From: Octopus bimaculoides
Lineage: Eukaryota
Direction of reading: 5' to 3'
Assembly: GCF_001194135.2 (NCBI RefSeq)
Contig: NC_068983.1
Span: 143,554,325 to 143,618,324, forward strand
DNA length: 64,000 bases
Every line of letters begins with the position of its first letter. Positions within the stretch are counted from its first letter, which is position 1. Below are positions 1-13,574 of the stretch, piece after piece. A model generated the notes under the pieces. That model had not been told where the DNA came from. It did not search any database and worked only from the letters and a program-made list of their open reading frames with translations. The position numbers and the translations under genes are program-made.

Positions 1-122
1 ATTCAGTCATAGAAACTATGCCAAATCAGACTGGAGTCCACTGCAGTCTTCCAGCTTGCCAGCCCTGGTCAAACTGTCCAACCCATGCAGCATGGGCAAT
101 GGACCTTAAATGATGATGATGA

Positions 123-173
<51 letters not shown>

Positions 174-399
174 CACACATAGATAGATAGATAGATAGAC
201 CCAGGAAGACATGTGAGAAAGTGGTGAAAAAAGGATCTACAGACATTGGGACCCACAGAGGGGAGGACAGGGGACCAAAACTCCTAACAGTTTGCTGTAC
301 TTGAAAAGACAGGTCAAGCTAAGTAAAAGCATGGTCGTCCTTGCATACAGGTTGTCCCCTGCATCCCTCTCCAGCTGAACATTCCTAACCTTGCAGGTT

Positions 400-635
400 C
401 ATGGGTGCTGGTGCCTTGTAAAAAGCACTTGTACCAGTGCCATATAAATGCACCTATGCCAGTGCTGCATAAAAGCACCTGGTACACTCTGTAAAGTGGT
501 TGGCATGAGGAAGGGAATCCAGCTGTAGAAACCATTGCCAAAAGAGACATGGAGCCTGGGCAGCTCTCCTGCTGGCCAGCTCCTATCAAACCGTCCAACC
601 CATGCCAGCATGGAAAATGGATGTTAAATGATGAT
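400..635 (+). mobile_element. Solo RTE 3'-UTR fragment (others at 1-125, 43060-43190, 47003-47155 and 52640-52800)
   Basis: GGAATCCAGCTGTAGAAAC...CCAACCCATGCCAGCATGGAAA...GTTAAATGATGAT. Confidence 0.8.
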
Positions 636-957
636 GAGGAGGAGGAGGAGGAGGAGGAGGGGGGTATCAATTTATGTATATATGAGTGTGAGTGAGTGTG
701 TGTGTCTGGGTAAATCATCAGTGAGAAACATGAATAGCTGGTGATTTTTAAACAAAGCTCTTTGTTATATTTGCTCTACTGTGGGTAACAGATACTCCTT
801 TGTCATCCTTGCCAACTGAAATACTGTGAATAAAGTATGATTGACCCATGGGAAATCAGTAGTCAGTGGCACTACTGTTCACCAACTGCAATATAAAATA
901 CAAATAAGCAGGTACTGAGGTTGATTGTATCAACTGTTTTCACTGAATGAATGAATT

Positions 958-1372
958 CTTGGCCTGGCAGAATTGTTAGAGCATCATAAAAAATGTTGTG
1001 TAGTTTTGTTCTAGCTATTTGCATTCTCAGTTGAAATCCTACCAAGGTCAACTTTGGTTTTCATTCTTTCATCAGTAAAATAAAGCACCAGCCGAGTATT
1101 GGGGCAAGTCATGTTGACCATCTCCCCTCCGACTCTCAAAATTGCTAACCCCTTCATCCCTCAAAATTGCTAACCTCGTGTGCCAAACAAAATGCTTAGC
1201 AGCCTTTCTTCCAATTACATGTTCTGAGTTCAAAGGCTGCTGGGATTGACTTTGCTTTTCATCCTTTCGGGGTTGATAAAATAGGTGCCAGTTGAGCACT
1301 GTGGTTGATGTGACCAACTTACCCCTTCTGAAATCACTGGCCTTGTGCTAAAATTTGAAACCATTATTATTC
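958..1372 (+). mobile_element. Two tandem decayed SINE family A copies
   Basis: Cores at about 1040-1100 and 1245-1300 (TTCATCCTTTCGGGGTTGATAAAATAG). Confidence 0.7.
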
Positions 1373-1804
1373 AGTTTGACTCAGGTTTGTTCTTATTCCT
1401 GGTAGAATTCATGTGGGTAGTGGGTTACTACTTGTAGCCTTAGATATCCATAAGCTTTCAATAATCTTTCAAGTGCTCAAAACCCTCTGATTATCTTTCC
1501 TGACCCTAAGAAGCAAACTTTCTGTAGACGTTTTACAGGACATTCTATTCCAATCTCTTTCAATCATTTGTCTATATCATTATTCACAGTTCCTAATGCA
1601 ACAATTATTTCAGGCACACTCTTTAGAGTTTTCATACTCCAAATTCACACAATTTCAAATTTTAAGAGATTGCATTTTTATAATTTTTCATCTTCTTTCA
1701 TTACAATCCTGGAATCAAACAGACATGATGGATCAATTAGTAAGGAACTTCGTTTTTTTCATGTATATTACTGTTATATTTGGTTTATTATTTTCTTATC
1801 TATT

Positions 1805-2225
1805 TGAATAGGAAAGTTCCATAAAGCTTGCATTTCTTCAGCTCAAGCATTCTTTCAACCCAATGATCATACCATGTAATTCCAGCTTCAAACCCCCATT
1901 TCTGACAAAACTTCCAGTGCAAAGCTTTCACAACTTTGTCATGCCCCCATTTCTTATATTTACTCTGAGCCAACTTGCGATATTCTGCAACAATGTTTGC
2001 CATAGCTGCAATAATAAGATTTTCTGCTCCTTTTTTTTAATTGCTCTTTTTTTCAACCAAGCCAGGTTTTTATTCAACATACATTCTCAGTGACTTCTTA
2101 AAACCGATTATGCAAAGCTTTCAATTTGTTTAACATACATTTGTTGTCCTTTTCTCCTATTTCACACTTGATCACCTGTTCTTTATTCACTGCCTTTAGT
2201 AATTTCTCTGTGTTGCTCTGTAAAT
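1805..2225 (-). mobile_element. Second R4/Dong-like LINE fragment
   Basis: ORF 1800..2003: KLAQSKYKK.GHDKVVKALHWKFC...WYDH, the region following the CCHC motif in this clade. Confidence 0.7.
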
Positions 2226-2295
2226 ATTCCATTATTATTATTACTATTATCATTATTATTATTATTATTATTATTATCATCATCTTATTATTAAG

Positions 2296-2494
2296 ACAGC
2301 AAGCTGGCAGAATCTATCTTTACATTCTGAGCTCAAATTCCATCGATGTCAACTCTACCTTTCCTCCTTTCTGAGTTGATAAAATAAGTAGCAGTCAAGC
2401 ACTGGGGTTGATGTAATTGACTTTCTCCCTCCCACAAAATTTCAGGTTTTGTGCCTTTAGTAGAAAGGATTATCATCATCATTATTATTATTAT
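2296..2494 (+). mobile_element. SINE family A (internally deleted) with (ATC/ATT)n tail
   Basis: GCTGGCAGAA head, CTGAGCTCAAATTCC box and GTTGATAAAATAAGTA core. Confidence 0.75.
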
Positions 2495-3330
2495 TCAGTA
2501 GTCTTAGTTTTATAACGTGCTTTCAGTGCAGCTCTGTGTGCCTTGGGTATGTGCTGTGGTTTGCTGTGGTGCTCTTATTTTCACTGTATTGAAAGCGTTT
2601 TATGTAGGATATGTCCAGTGCCTAGTAATGCTGTTTTCTGTATGTTATATATACTTGTAAGTCCTGGTGTTTTTGTTATGTATTTGTCTGGATGTTTTTT
2701 ATCATCCCTAATGCACCTACTATGATAGGAACTGTTTCTGTTTTTAGGCTCCACATTCTAGTTACCCTTGTTTCAAGATCTTTGTAGTTTGAAAGTTTCT
2801 CCATTTCTTTTAGAGAAACGTTGTCATCTGTTGGTATTGATTCATCGATCAGAAAGCATTTTTTTAATCTCTAACAACTATATCTGGCCTATTAGCCTTA
2901 ATTTTTCTATGTGTGTATTGGCATATCCAAGAGTATGGCTGCTTTCTCATTTTCTATGACTTTTTCTAGGGTGTGCCTACACCAATCTTTTTTCTGATGT
3001 TATTCCATAGTGTTGGCATAGCTTCCAGTGTATATAGGTCCCAACTCTGTCGTGTTTGTGGATATATTCCTTCTTAGCCAAGTTTATTGTTTCTTCTCCA
3101 TCACCACATATTCTGCAGTTACTTCTTGTATTTCTTTTCATTATGTGTTTTTGGTGATTTCTGATAGGAAGGCTTTGATCTTGTGCCACAATTAAAAATC
3201 CTTCAGTCTCTACTTTGAGTCTTGAGCTTCTCAGTTTCTTCTTGTTGGGATTTTGCTTTGCCCATCTCTTTTCTGTTTAGCTTAACCCAATGTTTGCCAT
3301 TTATGGGCTTTTCTTGCCATTGTTTTATCT
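2495..3330 (-). mobile_element. R4/Dong-like (restriction-like endonuclease) LINE 3' fragment
   Basis: AQDQSL...CRICGDGEET...KHDRVGTYIHWKLC, then KANRPDIVVRD...LID...KEMEKL..YKDL...VPIIVGALG...IQKTALLGTGHIL. Both ends abut (TAA)n. Confidence 0.85.
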
Positions 3331-3554
3331 AATTATCATTATTATTGTCATTATTATTATTATTATTATTATTACTATTATATATACATACAATGGGCTT
3401 CTTTCAGTTTCCATATACCAAATCCACTCACAAGGCTTTGGTCATCCCGAGGCTATAGTAGAAAATACTTGCCAAAAGTGCCACACAGTGGAACTAAATG
3501 CAGAACCATGTGGTTGGGAAAAAAGCTTCTTGCTACATAGCCATGCTTGTTCCT

Positions 3555-3596
<42 letters not shown>

Positions 3597-3924
3597 TCTA
3601 TAATTCTGCTTAGTCACAGTTAAACCAATAGCCAGTTTTAAAAATTAGTATACTTATAGTGCATGGTATTTCTGAGCTCTGGCAGCAAGGCAGCATGCAC
3701 TCTAAACTCCTATATAAACTGGAAAATAAGTACAGACCATAATTTCAATTTATAAATATACAACAAAGAACAGGAGTCACATAATCACATTCATTGGTTT
3801 ACGGTTGTTTCTGCTCTATGGAATTGTGCTCTTTGAGTGAGAAAGAATGTGGTGTAACTTTGATGAATCCAGTGATTGTGATTATGTAAGTCCCTTTTCT
3901 TTTGTAATTAATTAATACATATAC

Positions 3925-3980
<56 letters not shown>

Positions 3981-3982
<2 letters not shown>

Positions 3983-4272
3983 TCATCATCATCGTTTAAC
4001 ATCCGCTTTCCATGCTGGCATGGGTTGGACGATTTGACTGAGGATTGGCAAGCCAAAAGGTTGCACCAGGCTCCAATCTGATCTGGCAGAGTTTCTACAG
4101 CTGGATGCCCTTCCTAACGCCAACCACTCCGAGAGTGTAGTGGGTGCTTTTACGTGCCACCGGCACGAGGGCCAGTCACACGGTACTGGCAATGGCCACA
4201 CTCAAAAAGGTGTTTTTTACGTGCCACTTGCACGGGAGCCAGTCCAGCAGCACTGGCAACGACCTCGCTCAA
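3981..4272 (-). mobile_element. Solo RTE 3'-UTR fragment
   Basis: Reverse complement of the 61280 and 24651 copies. Confidence 0.85.
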
Positions 4273-6160
4273 ATGATGGAAAAAATAACTTGCTAAACCT
4301 CCCTCAAATCACTTCTTAACATTTTAAAAATGAAGCGCATACTACATGATATAATTTTAAATATATCAGAATTAAAAACAAAATTGGATGGTCACTGCTC
4401 AGATGTTTTTGATCAGAACTCTACTCAGACAGAATGACTTGGGGCTAAACAACAACAAGCAATCAGATATAGACTGCATACTGGAGCAAAAACATGTCCA
4501 AACTGTAATACTGCACTCTAAATTATTAACCACTACATGTGCAATATGGTTCTCTGTTAAGTGGAAGCATATCTGGGATGGTTTGTATGATCAGTTATGC
4601 AGCTCTGGGTTGATCAGAGCTAACCCAGTGCTATTCAACAATTCTAAAAATAACAATAACAATATATATGCTAAACAATCAATATAAAACTATCTGCAGT
4701 ATTGCATTGCAATGATGATCAGACAGGTTAAGTCAAGTCAGTTAATATTGTCATTAATATGGCAATCTATATTGACAATTAATATATTCTGCCTCTGCTG
4801 GCAATTAGTGTATGCACTCTATTTTTGGTGAGGTTATATGCTCATCTGGGTTTCTATGAAGATTCAAATCCTTCAAAGGTTGACTTGGACTTTTGTTCTT
4901 TTGGAGTTTATATAATAAATACTTAAATTTTCTGGATGTAGCTTTAAACCAACTTCACCCATACCTTAAAATGTTACCCTTATGTCTTAGTAGGGTGTTA
5001 TATCTATCATTTGGTTCACATCAACATCCAATTAATACCAACATTGCTATCTGTACTGATGCTGCTATCAGATATAAATCAACTGATTTAGTCAGCAAAT
5101 AGTTTCAGTAGTTGTGTTATTTGATAATGACCTGAACTTTATTATGGTAACGTCTGCAACATTCTAAAAACAATAATGGATTGGCAGAACAAATTGAATG
5201 CTTTGTGATATTTGTTCCAACTCCCTACATTCTGAGTTCAACTTTACCTTTCATCATTTAGGGGTTGTTAGGGGTTGATAGATGAAGTACAACTGCAGGT
5301 CTAGGTATGATTCTTCTTTCCATGGATTCTACACGCATTTCAAAGATCCAGCCTTGTATCATTTCAAAAAATACGTTTCTATCAGCATGAAGAATATTGG
5401 GATATTTGTGGTTTTCATCACTGTTTACAATTCTGTTCCAAATGTTTTCAAATTTGGTATATGGATTAAGTTTTGTATACTAATTATGAAAATGAAATTC
5501 ATTTTTTCCATAAATCCATAATTAAAAAGTTATTAGCCTTTAAAATTTGCAAAATTTGGGTATTTTAGCCAATCAGAAGTGAATATTTTACATATCACCA
5601 TGGCAAAAAATTGTTTCGATAATAACCAAAGATGTTGTGCATGCACAGAAGGAGGAGAAGGAGATACGGAGAAGATAATGTATTTTATAAAATCCTAGAG
5701 TGTATTGCAAACTTTCGTTCTTGAATTTTTTAAACTAATAAATGTCTGTTTTAAGTAATGTTTTGGCTATTATTTCTAGCAACTCCTGTTGGTTTGTTTG
5801 TTTGTAACTTTTAAATATTTAATTTGCTCGCAAATGTTTTAATGTTAACTTCTTTGCTTGTGTATATTTCAATGTTTTGACTGTTATTTCTAGCAATGTT
5901 TTGACATGGCTGTGTTACTTTGGAGGGCAGATCTTCTTTCAGTATTGTGCCAATGTCGTGGTCATTTATTATCTCTTTTGAGTGGGTCAGCATCTTAAGA
6001 CAAGTTTAAGTTTTTACTATGTTGCCACATGTCTCCCTGAGTTTCTCACTTCTGCTGGTTCCATTAACCATGAGTGCATGACATTTCTTTTTATACAATT
6101 TTAATCACCAACACAATCTTCCCTTTGGTGCACAACTGATTTCTGACATTATTTTTTTCT

Positions 6161-6230
6161 CTAAGCTCATTTGTACTCCATCATTTGTACACACTAAGCT
6201 CATTTGTACTCCATCATTTGTACACACTAA
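6161..6230. repeat. 33-nt tandem duplication
   Basis: CTAAGCTCATTTGTACTCCATCATTTGTACACA x2 plus CTAA. Confidence 0.9.
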
Positions 6231-6249
6231 TATTACACATTAAGTAGAA

Positions 6250-7420
6250 CATCATTGTTCACTTCATTTCATTCTAGTCTTCACCAATACTCTGTATTCA
6301 AGGCCCATGTTTCACGATTGTGTAATATTACACTTTGCATACAAACATTATAGCCTGCCTTGACTCTGAAAGAGAAACTTTGTTACTAGCAGAAGTAAAA
6401 ACTCCCTGATTTTCTCCATTTCCATTCTTACTTTGGCTATTATGTTTTTGAAACAACTACCTCCACTGTTACATAGGTGGCCTAGGTAACATACTATCAA
6501 CTACTTCTTGAGAGCCACCCAGGTATTAGAGATCATCTATTACAAGGGTGCTTCTAGTGCTTACTACAACTATGTATATGAATTTCATCTCCCCTAGTAG
6601 CCTGCCTGTAATTCCACTATAACTCTTGTGTATCAATAGGTTACACTAGCAACATTATAGAGAATTTCTATCTATTCCTTTTCTGTTTATTGAACAGGGC
6701 TGTTTCCTTGCTGATAGCAGGATCTTGTCTCCTTCCCTACTAATTAAAACTTTAGTCTTTGCTAAATTTACTTTAAGGCCTCTTGATTCTAGATTCTGAT
6801 ACCAAGTCTGGAATTCTCTAAACCCTGAACAAATTCAGCTATAATTAGTCTTCTGAATACAAGACTTTCCACGGACAATCAGTTTTAAACTCCTCTGTTG
6901 AGGCCTAGAGGTCATTATTAAACATGAAGAGGCTGAGGACTAAGCCCTGATTGATCCCTATTCACATGCTAAATTCATTGCTGACTCTCACCTGTATTTT
7001 TGCATGGCTCGAACAACCCTCATAAGCCATTTGTTTCACCTTGTTTTTTTCTTTTGTAATGACCATCAGACTACATAGAAATTGGTCAAACACCTTCTTC
7101 AAACAAACAAGGTATAGGGGCTTATTCCTAGCTAAGGTCTTTTGCAGTTGCTCACTAGAAAGATTACGGCAGTCACACCTCTTCCAGATCCAAAGCTGAA
7201 CTGTATCACATCTAAGCTAGTTTTTTTTTCCCCAATCAATCTGGCTACTACTCTTTTCTGTAACTTTATCAACCTTGTGCAATAATTAGATGCCTCTACA
7301 ATTTCTCCTTCAAGTGTATCATCTTTGCACTTGTAACAGTTGATACTAATGCTGCTATGCCAGTCAGTGGCTCCAACACCTTCCTATACTATCAGATTAA
7401 ACTATTCAAGAGACTAGCCT
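6250..7420 (-). mobile_element. Heavily decayed RTE-type LINE fragment
   Basis: Reverse strand yields remnants of LRVK.RLY..C.QSVILH..ETWAL and a GSVLSPL-like segment, with many stops. Confidence 0.55.
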
Positions 7421-8519
7421 GTGCTTGATTCCATGTTGACCAAGAAAGAGAAAGGCAGGACTGATAGATTTTGGTACCGGTGTTGCTACGGGGGACAAAA
7501 AACGTAAAGTACTGAAATTAATTCTGCAAGGTACTTCGTAGGACGTTCTAGCAATTCCGCCAATGCACCGTCTGGCATGGATACTTTATTTATCGATCCG
7601 AAGGAATGGCAAAAGTGACTTCGGCAGGATTTGAAATCAGAGCTTTCTAACGACTGCCAATACACCTTATCCCGGTTCATCCATCGACTCAAGGGTGTGA
7701 TGTCGAGACGGTGCTTGTGTCTGCTCGCGACTATATGGGCACCTAAAACTGCTAAAAGAAAGCATGGTGCATGTTGGTACTAAATCAAACTTGATAGCAA
7801 TAGCCGTACTTATATGAATACATGCATAGATAATATGCAATTCATATGTACATTTATAAGTGTAACACGAACGTATATTTAAAACAATCTTTTATTGCAA
7901 CCACAAAATAACATCAAATTACAATGCTATAAACAAGTAAAACAGAGTATAAAACATCTATGGTCAAAGGGTCCGTGACAAAACATCAAAACTGGCGACT
8001 GTGGACAAAGAAAGTGATTCTTATAACTTAATCAACAAAATAATTAATAAAGAGAAACATTCTCATAAGAAAGTGCGTGTATGTATATATATGTGTATNN
8101 NNNNNNNNNNNNNNNNNNNNNNNNNNNNNNNNNNNNNNNNNNNNNNNNNNNNNNNNNNNNNNNNNNNNNNNNNNNNNNNNNNNNNNNNNNNNNNNNNNNN
8201 NNNNNNNNNNNNNNNNNNNNNNNNNNNNNNNNNNNNNNNNTGTATGTTATCTGAACATATTCAACCACATAAATGTATGTATATTAAACATATCTTCCAG
8301 TGTCCTATTACAGGCAATTTTATTCATAACAAATGCCATAAATATAAGTTTTACACATCTATTATATAATATCTCACTAAAATAACATTTTGCTAATAAT
8401 ATATATATAGCATACTCATATTTAAAGATTCCAAATGAAAGTATACCAGATGTAAAAAAAAAACAGAAAAAAACCCCCAGAAATATGTGTGTAAGCAATT
8501 TCTGTCTAGTCAGTTTTTA

Positions 8520-8701
8520 ACAGAAGGAACAATGTGTAGTAGTTTACCGGCTATGTTACACGTTGGAGCGGCTGCTAACTGGTCTGTCACTCTCTCAGAA
8601 GCGGCTCTCGCAAACAGCCTTATCTGTTGATAAAAATCACAGAAACGAAACTACACAATATCTTTTTCCATCTTAAGTAAAGTCATTTCTACACAATCGG
8701 A
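8520..8701 (+). promoter_or_regulatory. Probable promoter/5' UTR region of the ASPH-like gene
   Basis: Non-repetitive, CpG-richer sequence directly upstream of the candidate ATG. No TSS data. Confidence 0.35.
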
Positions 8702-8774
8702 ATGAGTAAAACGAAAAAGAAGACGCAGAATAACAACGAACAGCCGAAACATGCTAAAAAGTCCGGAGTTACTG
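8702..8774 (+). CDS. ASPH: Candidate first coding exon of the ASPH-like type II membrane protein (MSKTKKKTQNNNEQPKHAKKSGVT-G)
   Basis: ATG at 8702 in a locally CpG-richer region, open basic reading frame, then G|GTAAAT donor at 8775 (phase 1). The phase matches the acceptor at 49656/49657 (G+AT = Asp). Linkage across the ~41-kb intron is inferred, not shown. Confidence 0.6.
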
Positions 8775-9034
8775 GTAAATATTTTCCTAACGCACCTAGA
8801 GAAAAAAAAGTAAAAAAAAAACTCTTCGCTTAAGTGACACGTCAGTTAAAGTGTTCTCTCAAGTAATGGCACCCTAGTTTCTTGCTTGCCTCCCTTACAA
8901 TAATTAGACATAATCTTCTGTTTATGTGTATATACATAGAATATTTTTTTGATATATATATATATATATATANNNNNNNNNNNNNNNNNNNNNNNNNNNN
9001 NNNNNNNNNNNNTATCTATCTATCTATCTATCTA

Positions 9035-9070
<36 letters not shown>

Positions 9071-10795
9071 TGTGTATATATGTATATAACGTTTACACAC
9101 ATATCTATCTATCTATATATATGCTTACACACGTGTAACGCGTACATAATACATGCATACATAAGTACACGTGTGTCATTTAAACCCGGTTTCTATGTTT
9201 CCTTGTCTATCTTGTATTCAGTGTTTTATTACATTGTACATCACTAATGTTTTGTGTCTTGTGTGCCCTTGGAGCAATTAAATCATAATTGGTACTTGCA
9301 GATTAATTTTTTTTACCATCGTTATTTCATTACATTATCTGTCTATCCTATTCAACTAATGCTCAACCTTTTTTTTTAATTATCCAAATATATACATATA
9401 TATATATAACTTTAAATCGAAGTAGTTGTAGACATGAGTTTTTTTCTGATGTTGCTAACATAGAATTGTTTCTATACGCAACAGATTATCGGCAACTGCC
9501 GGCATTCAGTTTAAGCTCGGTTACAATTTTCAAATTCCTATAAAGACCGATCTGTTGCCTTCGTTATTCTCCGATTAAGATATGTATTAATAATTTTCAA
9601 ATTTTCTCTAGGATAACACGAAATTAAATTGATAACAAGGCATGTTTGTACGTTTTAATTTCAGGCCTTTTTGTGTCCCTCTCTCTTCTTTTCATTAACT
9701 GCTGATAATTAGTGTTGTTGTCAATCAGCTGTAACAAAGGTTGTTTATCAACTTTCATCTGATTACTTCGTGTTTCATCTCAAAAAGGAAAATGTAAAAT
9801 AAAACAATTGCATTAGATGGATTAACTTTGAAATAATTTAATATTCATAAAAATTCGAAACTTTTTAAAGTGGAAATCCAAACTGTTATGATTTTTTATA
9901 AATCCAATTTTTAGCGTCAAACAGAATTGAGTTGTTGGATTATGTATTCGCTACAAATTAAGTAAAAGTAGGCCAGACAGGCGACTGCACTTTTCTCTTG
10001 GGTTGTGTTTTATGATTTAGTGAAAGTAGGAAGGGCGGAGCCCATGACCTTTGCAGGATCTCCGACACAGGTTGTGTATAAAAAAAAGAAACCACGACTC
10101 ATGGTTTGCTGTTAACCATGATCTTTGTCAGTAACCCACCTGGGAGTCCGATGCCACGCCTGGGCCTGTCAGCAAATAGGGCAGCTTTTCGGAATTCTGT
10201 TGTGTCGGGTGATGAACACCCGTTGGAGAGGCAGTTCAGACTGTACCCTCTCGCAAACATACACTACGTGATTAAATAGGCTGTAAGAAGCAGCGCATGA
10301 GAATACCTCGTTATCCTTAAGCCAGAGACCTAGTCCAAATACTTCGCAACACAGTGAACTCAAAAGTACTCTTAGGATCAGATGGCGGTATTAAATGGGG
10401 CGACGAAATATATGCTCGTTATTCGCTATATGATTTACTTTTCTTTATTTAGCATTTTACTCTAAACTAAGATGATGTTAATAATGAAGACAATGGCTAC
10501 GATAAAGATGATATTTCTATCCTTATAACCCACGAATAATATGAAGGCACGTCACTCAAACACCGGTATGACTGGGCTTACTTACAGAAGGAGAGAACAA
10601 TTTAGAACGAGTAACCCATTTAAAAAAGATTTTTTTTTTGCTCTTTCGATCTTCGTGAGTGAATGTTTTGCACGGTAAATTAACCTGAAAACTCAATAAT
10701 GAATATAGTTTTCAGGTTATATAACATAATGTGAAAGTTAGCAATCATTATTGATATATTTAACATCACTGTGTATGTTTAGAATTAAATAGTTT

Positions 10796-10855
<60 letters not shown>

Positions 10856-10891
10856 TCGAATTTGTGTGACTGTGTATAGAATAATATATTA

Positions 10892-10994
10892 GTTGAATAA
10901 AGTTAAAACAGTCTGGTTTTCACATTTTTATTATGTTATTTCATAATACCATAATGAAAAACGTGAAAACCAGGCTGTATTAACTTTATTCAAC
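10892..10994. repeat. Short near-perfect palindrome (38-bp arms, 35/38 complementary)
   Basis: GTTGAATAAAGTTAAAACAGTCTGGTTTTCACATTTTT ... AAAAACGTGAAAACCAGGCTGTATTAACTTTATTCAAC. Confidence 0.85.
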
Positions 10995-12649
10995 ACACAC
11001 TCACACATATATATATACATACATAAACCGGCCTTACCTAACTTTAATGTATATGTGTGTGTGTATGGTGGGTTATCTAAAATGTAAGGAGTAAAGTCAT
11101 ATTAGAATTCTTAAGTTTATGTATGTCTGCGAAAAGAGCAAATCCAGGTTTCACCATCCCGTAACTGACACACACAGATATGTGTGAGTCAATTGTTTTA
11201 ACTATTTAGATGAATTATAAGACACTAAAATAACGATGAAATTTTTCACATATTGTGTTATTTTCGGTAATGTAACGAACTTTCTCTTATAATATGCACT
11301 CCATGGTTCACTTACGTTACATTGTCCTTCAGAAAAGGCATAGACGTCACACAATCTCGTGTCCCCATTCCCCACACTTCTAAAGTCTTATGCCTATGTT
11401 TAAGATTAGTATTTCTATAAAACTTTTTCGTAAATGGAAACTTTCGCTTTTTTTTTCTTTCCATTAAACAGCGAATCAATTTACCTTTAATAATGTTTGC
11501 TTTATTTCTTTCCTAATTTCTGCAAAGTCTTTGTATAATCGGAATCATATGATTCTAGCAAATATTTCGTTGGGTAGATCGAATGGGAAAGCACCCTCTA
11601 ACTATAACCCTTACACATATAGAACATGTCACGATGGGGAGAGTATTTTAATAACCATTTTATTGGGATATATTTTTACTTTGCTGTTTCAGCAGAAAAT
11701 ATTTCTCCCCTCATTCTTGTAACGCTGTTTCTTTCACACGTGTGTTGAGATTAAACTGTCGTTGTTGGAGACTTTCGAAATACTCGTCTGAGAAAGAGTG
11801 CGAGAGATGTGTTTGGGGTGGGCGACAAAAGTTCATATGAATATCATTTACCATTCGTAGGAATTGAGCTTATTCTCTCTCTCTCTCTTTCGTTACAATA
11901 TCGTGTATAAAATATTTTCATACAAACAGCAATCTTAGGATTAATTAAAAAACTGGATTTAGCCTGAATACTGAAAAATTGTCTTTTTCTATTTTTTTTT
12001 CTTCAAATATAAATATATCAACGTATGTAAATATATCAATAAAAGATGTGAAGAAGAGGCTGAAATAGGGGATAGTATTATTTTATAATTGTGGTTGAGA
12101 GAGGAAAATAAACATTTCTATTAGTAGATATATCGGAAGGACGAGCATCGAAACTTGCTGGATAGATAGAAATAAACCAACAGCTGTAAAAAGAAATGGT
12201 TAAGTAGCGAACTCTTCAGGTGTAAAAGTAGTAATACTAAAGATGAATTGTTGGTTAGTAATAGTATTATTACACAAATTAGTGGATGTATTCTTGTCAA
12301 TTTATCCATTTTGCGATATCAAGGTGACAAACTGCTTTTGATGATATTCTTAACAAACACAGTTCTTGTTAAGGAATTTTCATGGTAAAATACAAAGGAA
12401 GTTTTCTTTGCCGTCCAGATATGTATTACAAGATACCAACTTGTCAGAGATGCAAACAAGTTTACACTTACCTGAGCACTCAAATCATAAAGAACCAAGT
12501 AAAATACAGCAAAGCATTTTATTCAATGCTGTAAGAAATCCACCAATTGTTACATTATTTTATCAAACCTTGAAGAATAAGAAGCAATGCTGACTTTGGT
12601 GGGATTTGAACTCAGAATGTAAGAACCAATATTGTAAGGTATTAGCTTT

Positions 12650-13075
12650 TGGGTTCAGTCCCACTGCGTGGCACCTGGGCAAGTGTCTTCTACTATAACC
12701 TCAGACCGACCAAAGCCTTGTGAGTGGTTTTGGCAGAGAGAAACTGAAAGAAGCCCATCGTATATGTGCAGGAGTGACTTTTTACATATGTATATATATA
12801 NNNNNNNNNNNNNNNNNNNNNNNNNNNNNNNNNNNNNNNNNNNNNNNNNNNNNNNNNNNNNNNNNNNNNNNNNNNNNNNNNNNNNNNNNGTCTCCACCAC
12901 CATTGCTTGACAACCAATGTTGGCATGTTTATGTCCCTGTAACTTAGCAGTTTGGCAAAAGAGACCAACAGAATAAGTACTTGGCTTACAAAGAATAAGT
13001 CTTGGGGTCGGTTTGTTCGACTAAAGGCGGTGCTCCAGCATGGCTGCAGTCAAATGACTGAAACAAATAAATGAA
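12650..13075 (+). mobile_element. SINE family C, 5'-truncated, with an N gap at its internal microsatellite
   Basis: Homologous to 58668-59058. The gap at 12801-12889 sits where the (TA)n lies. Confidence 0.85.
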
Positions 13076-13138
<63 letters not shown>

Positions 13139-13574
13139 GTTTGTGAATGTGAGTGTATTTTTGTGTTTCCTTGTCTTTATATCATGTGACTGCTTTAAAT
13201 GAGTAGCATTCGTTTCCAATTTTCTGCAAAAACCTGTCTGACCATGGAGAAATATTACTTGAAAACAGGTGAGGGTTGGCTACTGGAAAGGCATCCAGTC
13301 ATACAAAATTTGTGTCAAAAACAATGATACACACGTGTGTATGTGTATGTATGTATTTTGAATCGTCGGGCAACACACCGTGCTTGAAAAGACATACTGA
13401 GTCAAGTATAATCAAAATCACAGTCAGAATCTCAATCAAATTGAAATCAAAATGGAAATTATCGTTGTGGCCGATGCCAGTGCCGCCTGACTGGCATCCA
13501 TGCTAGTGACATGCAATAAGCACCATTCATACGTGGGTCAATGCTAGTAGAGTCAACGATGATATGCTGACATA

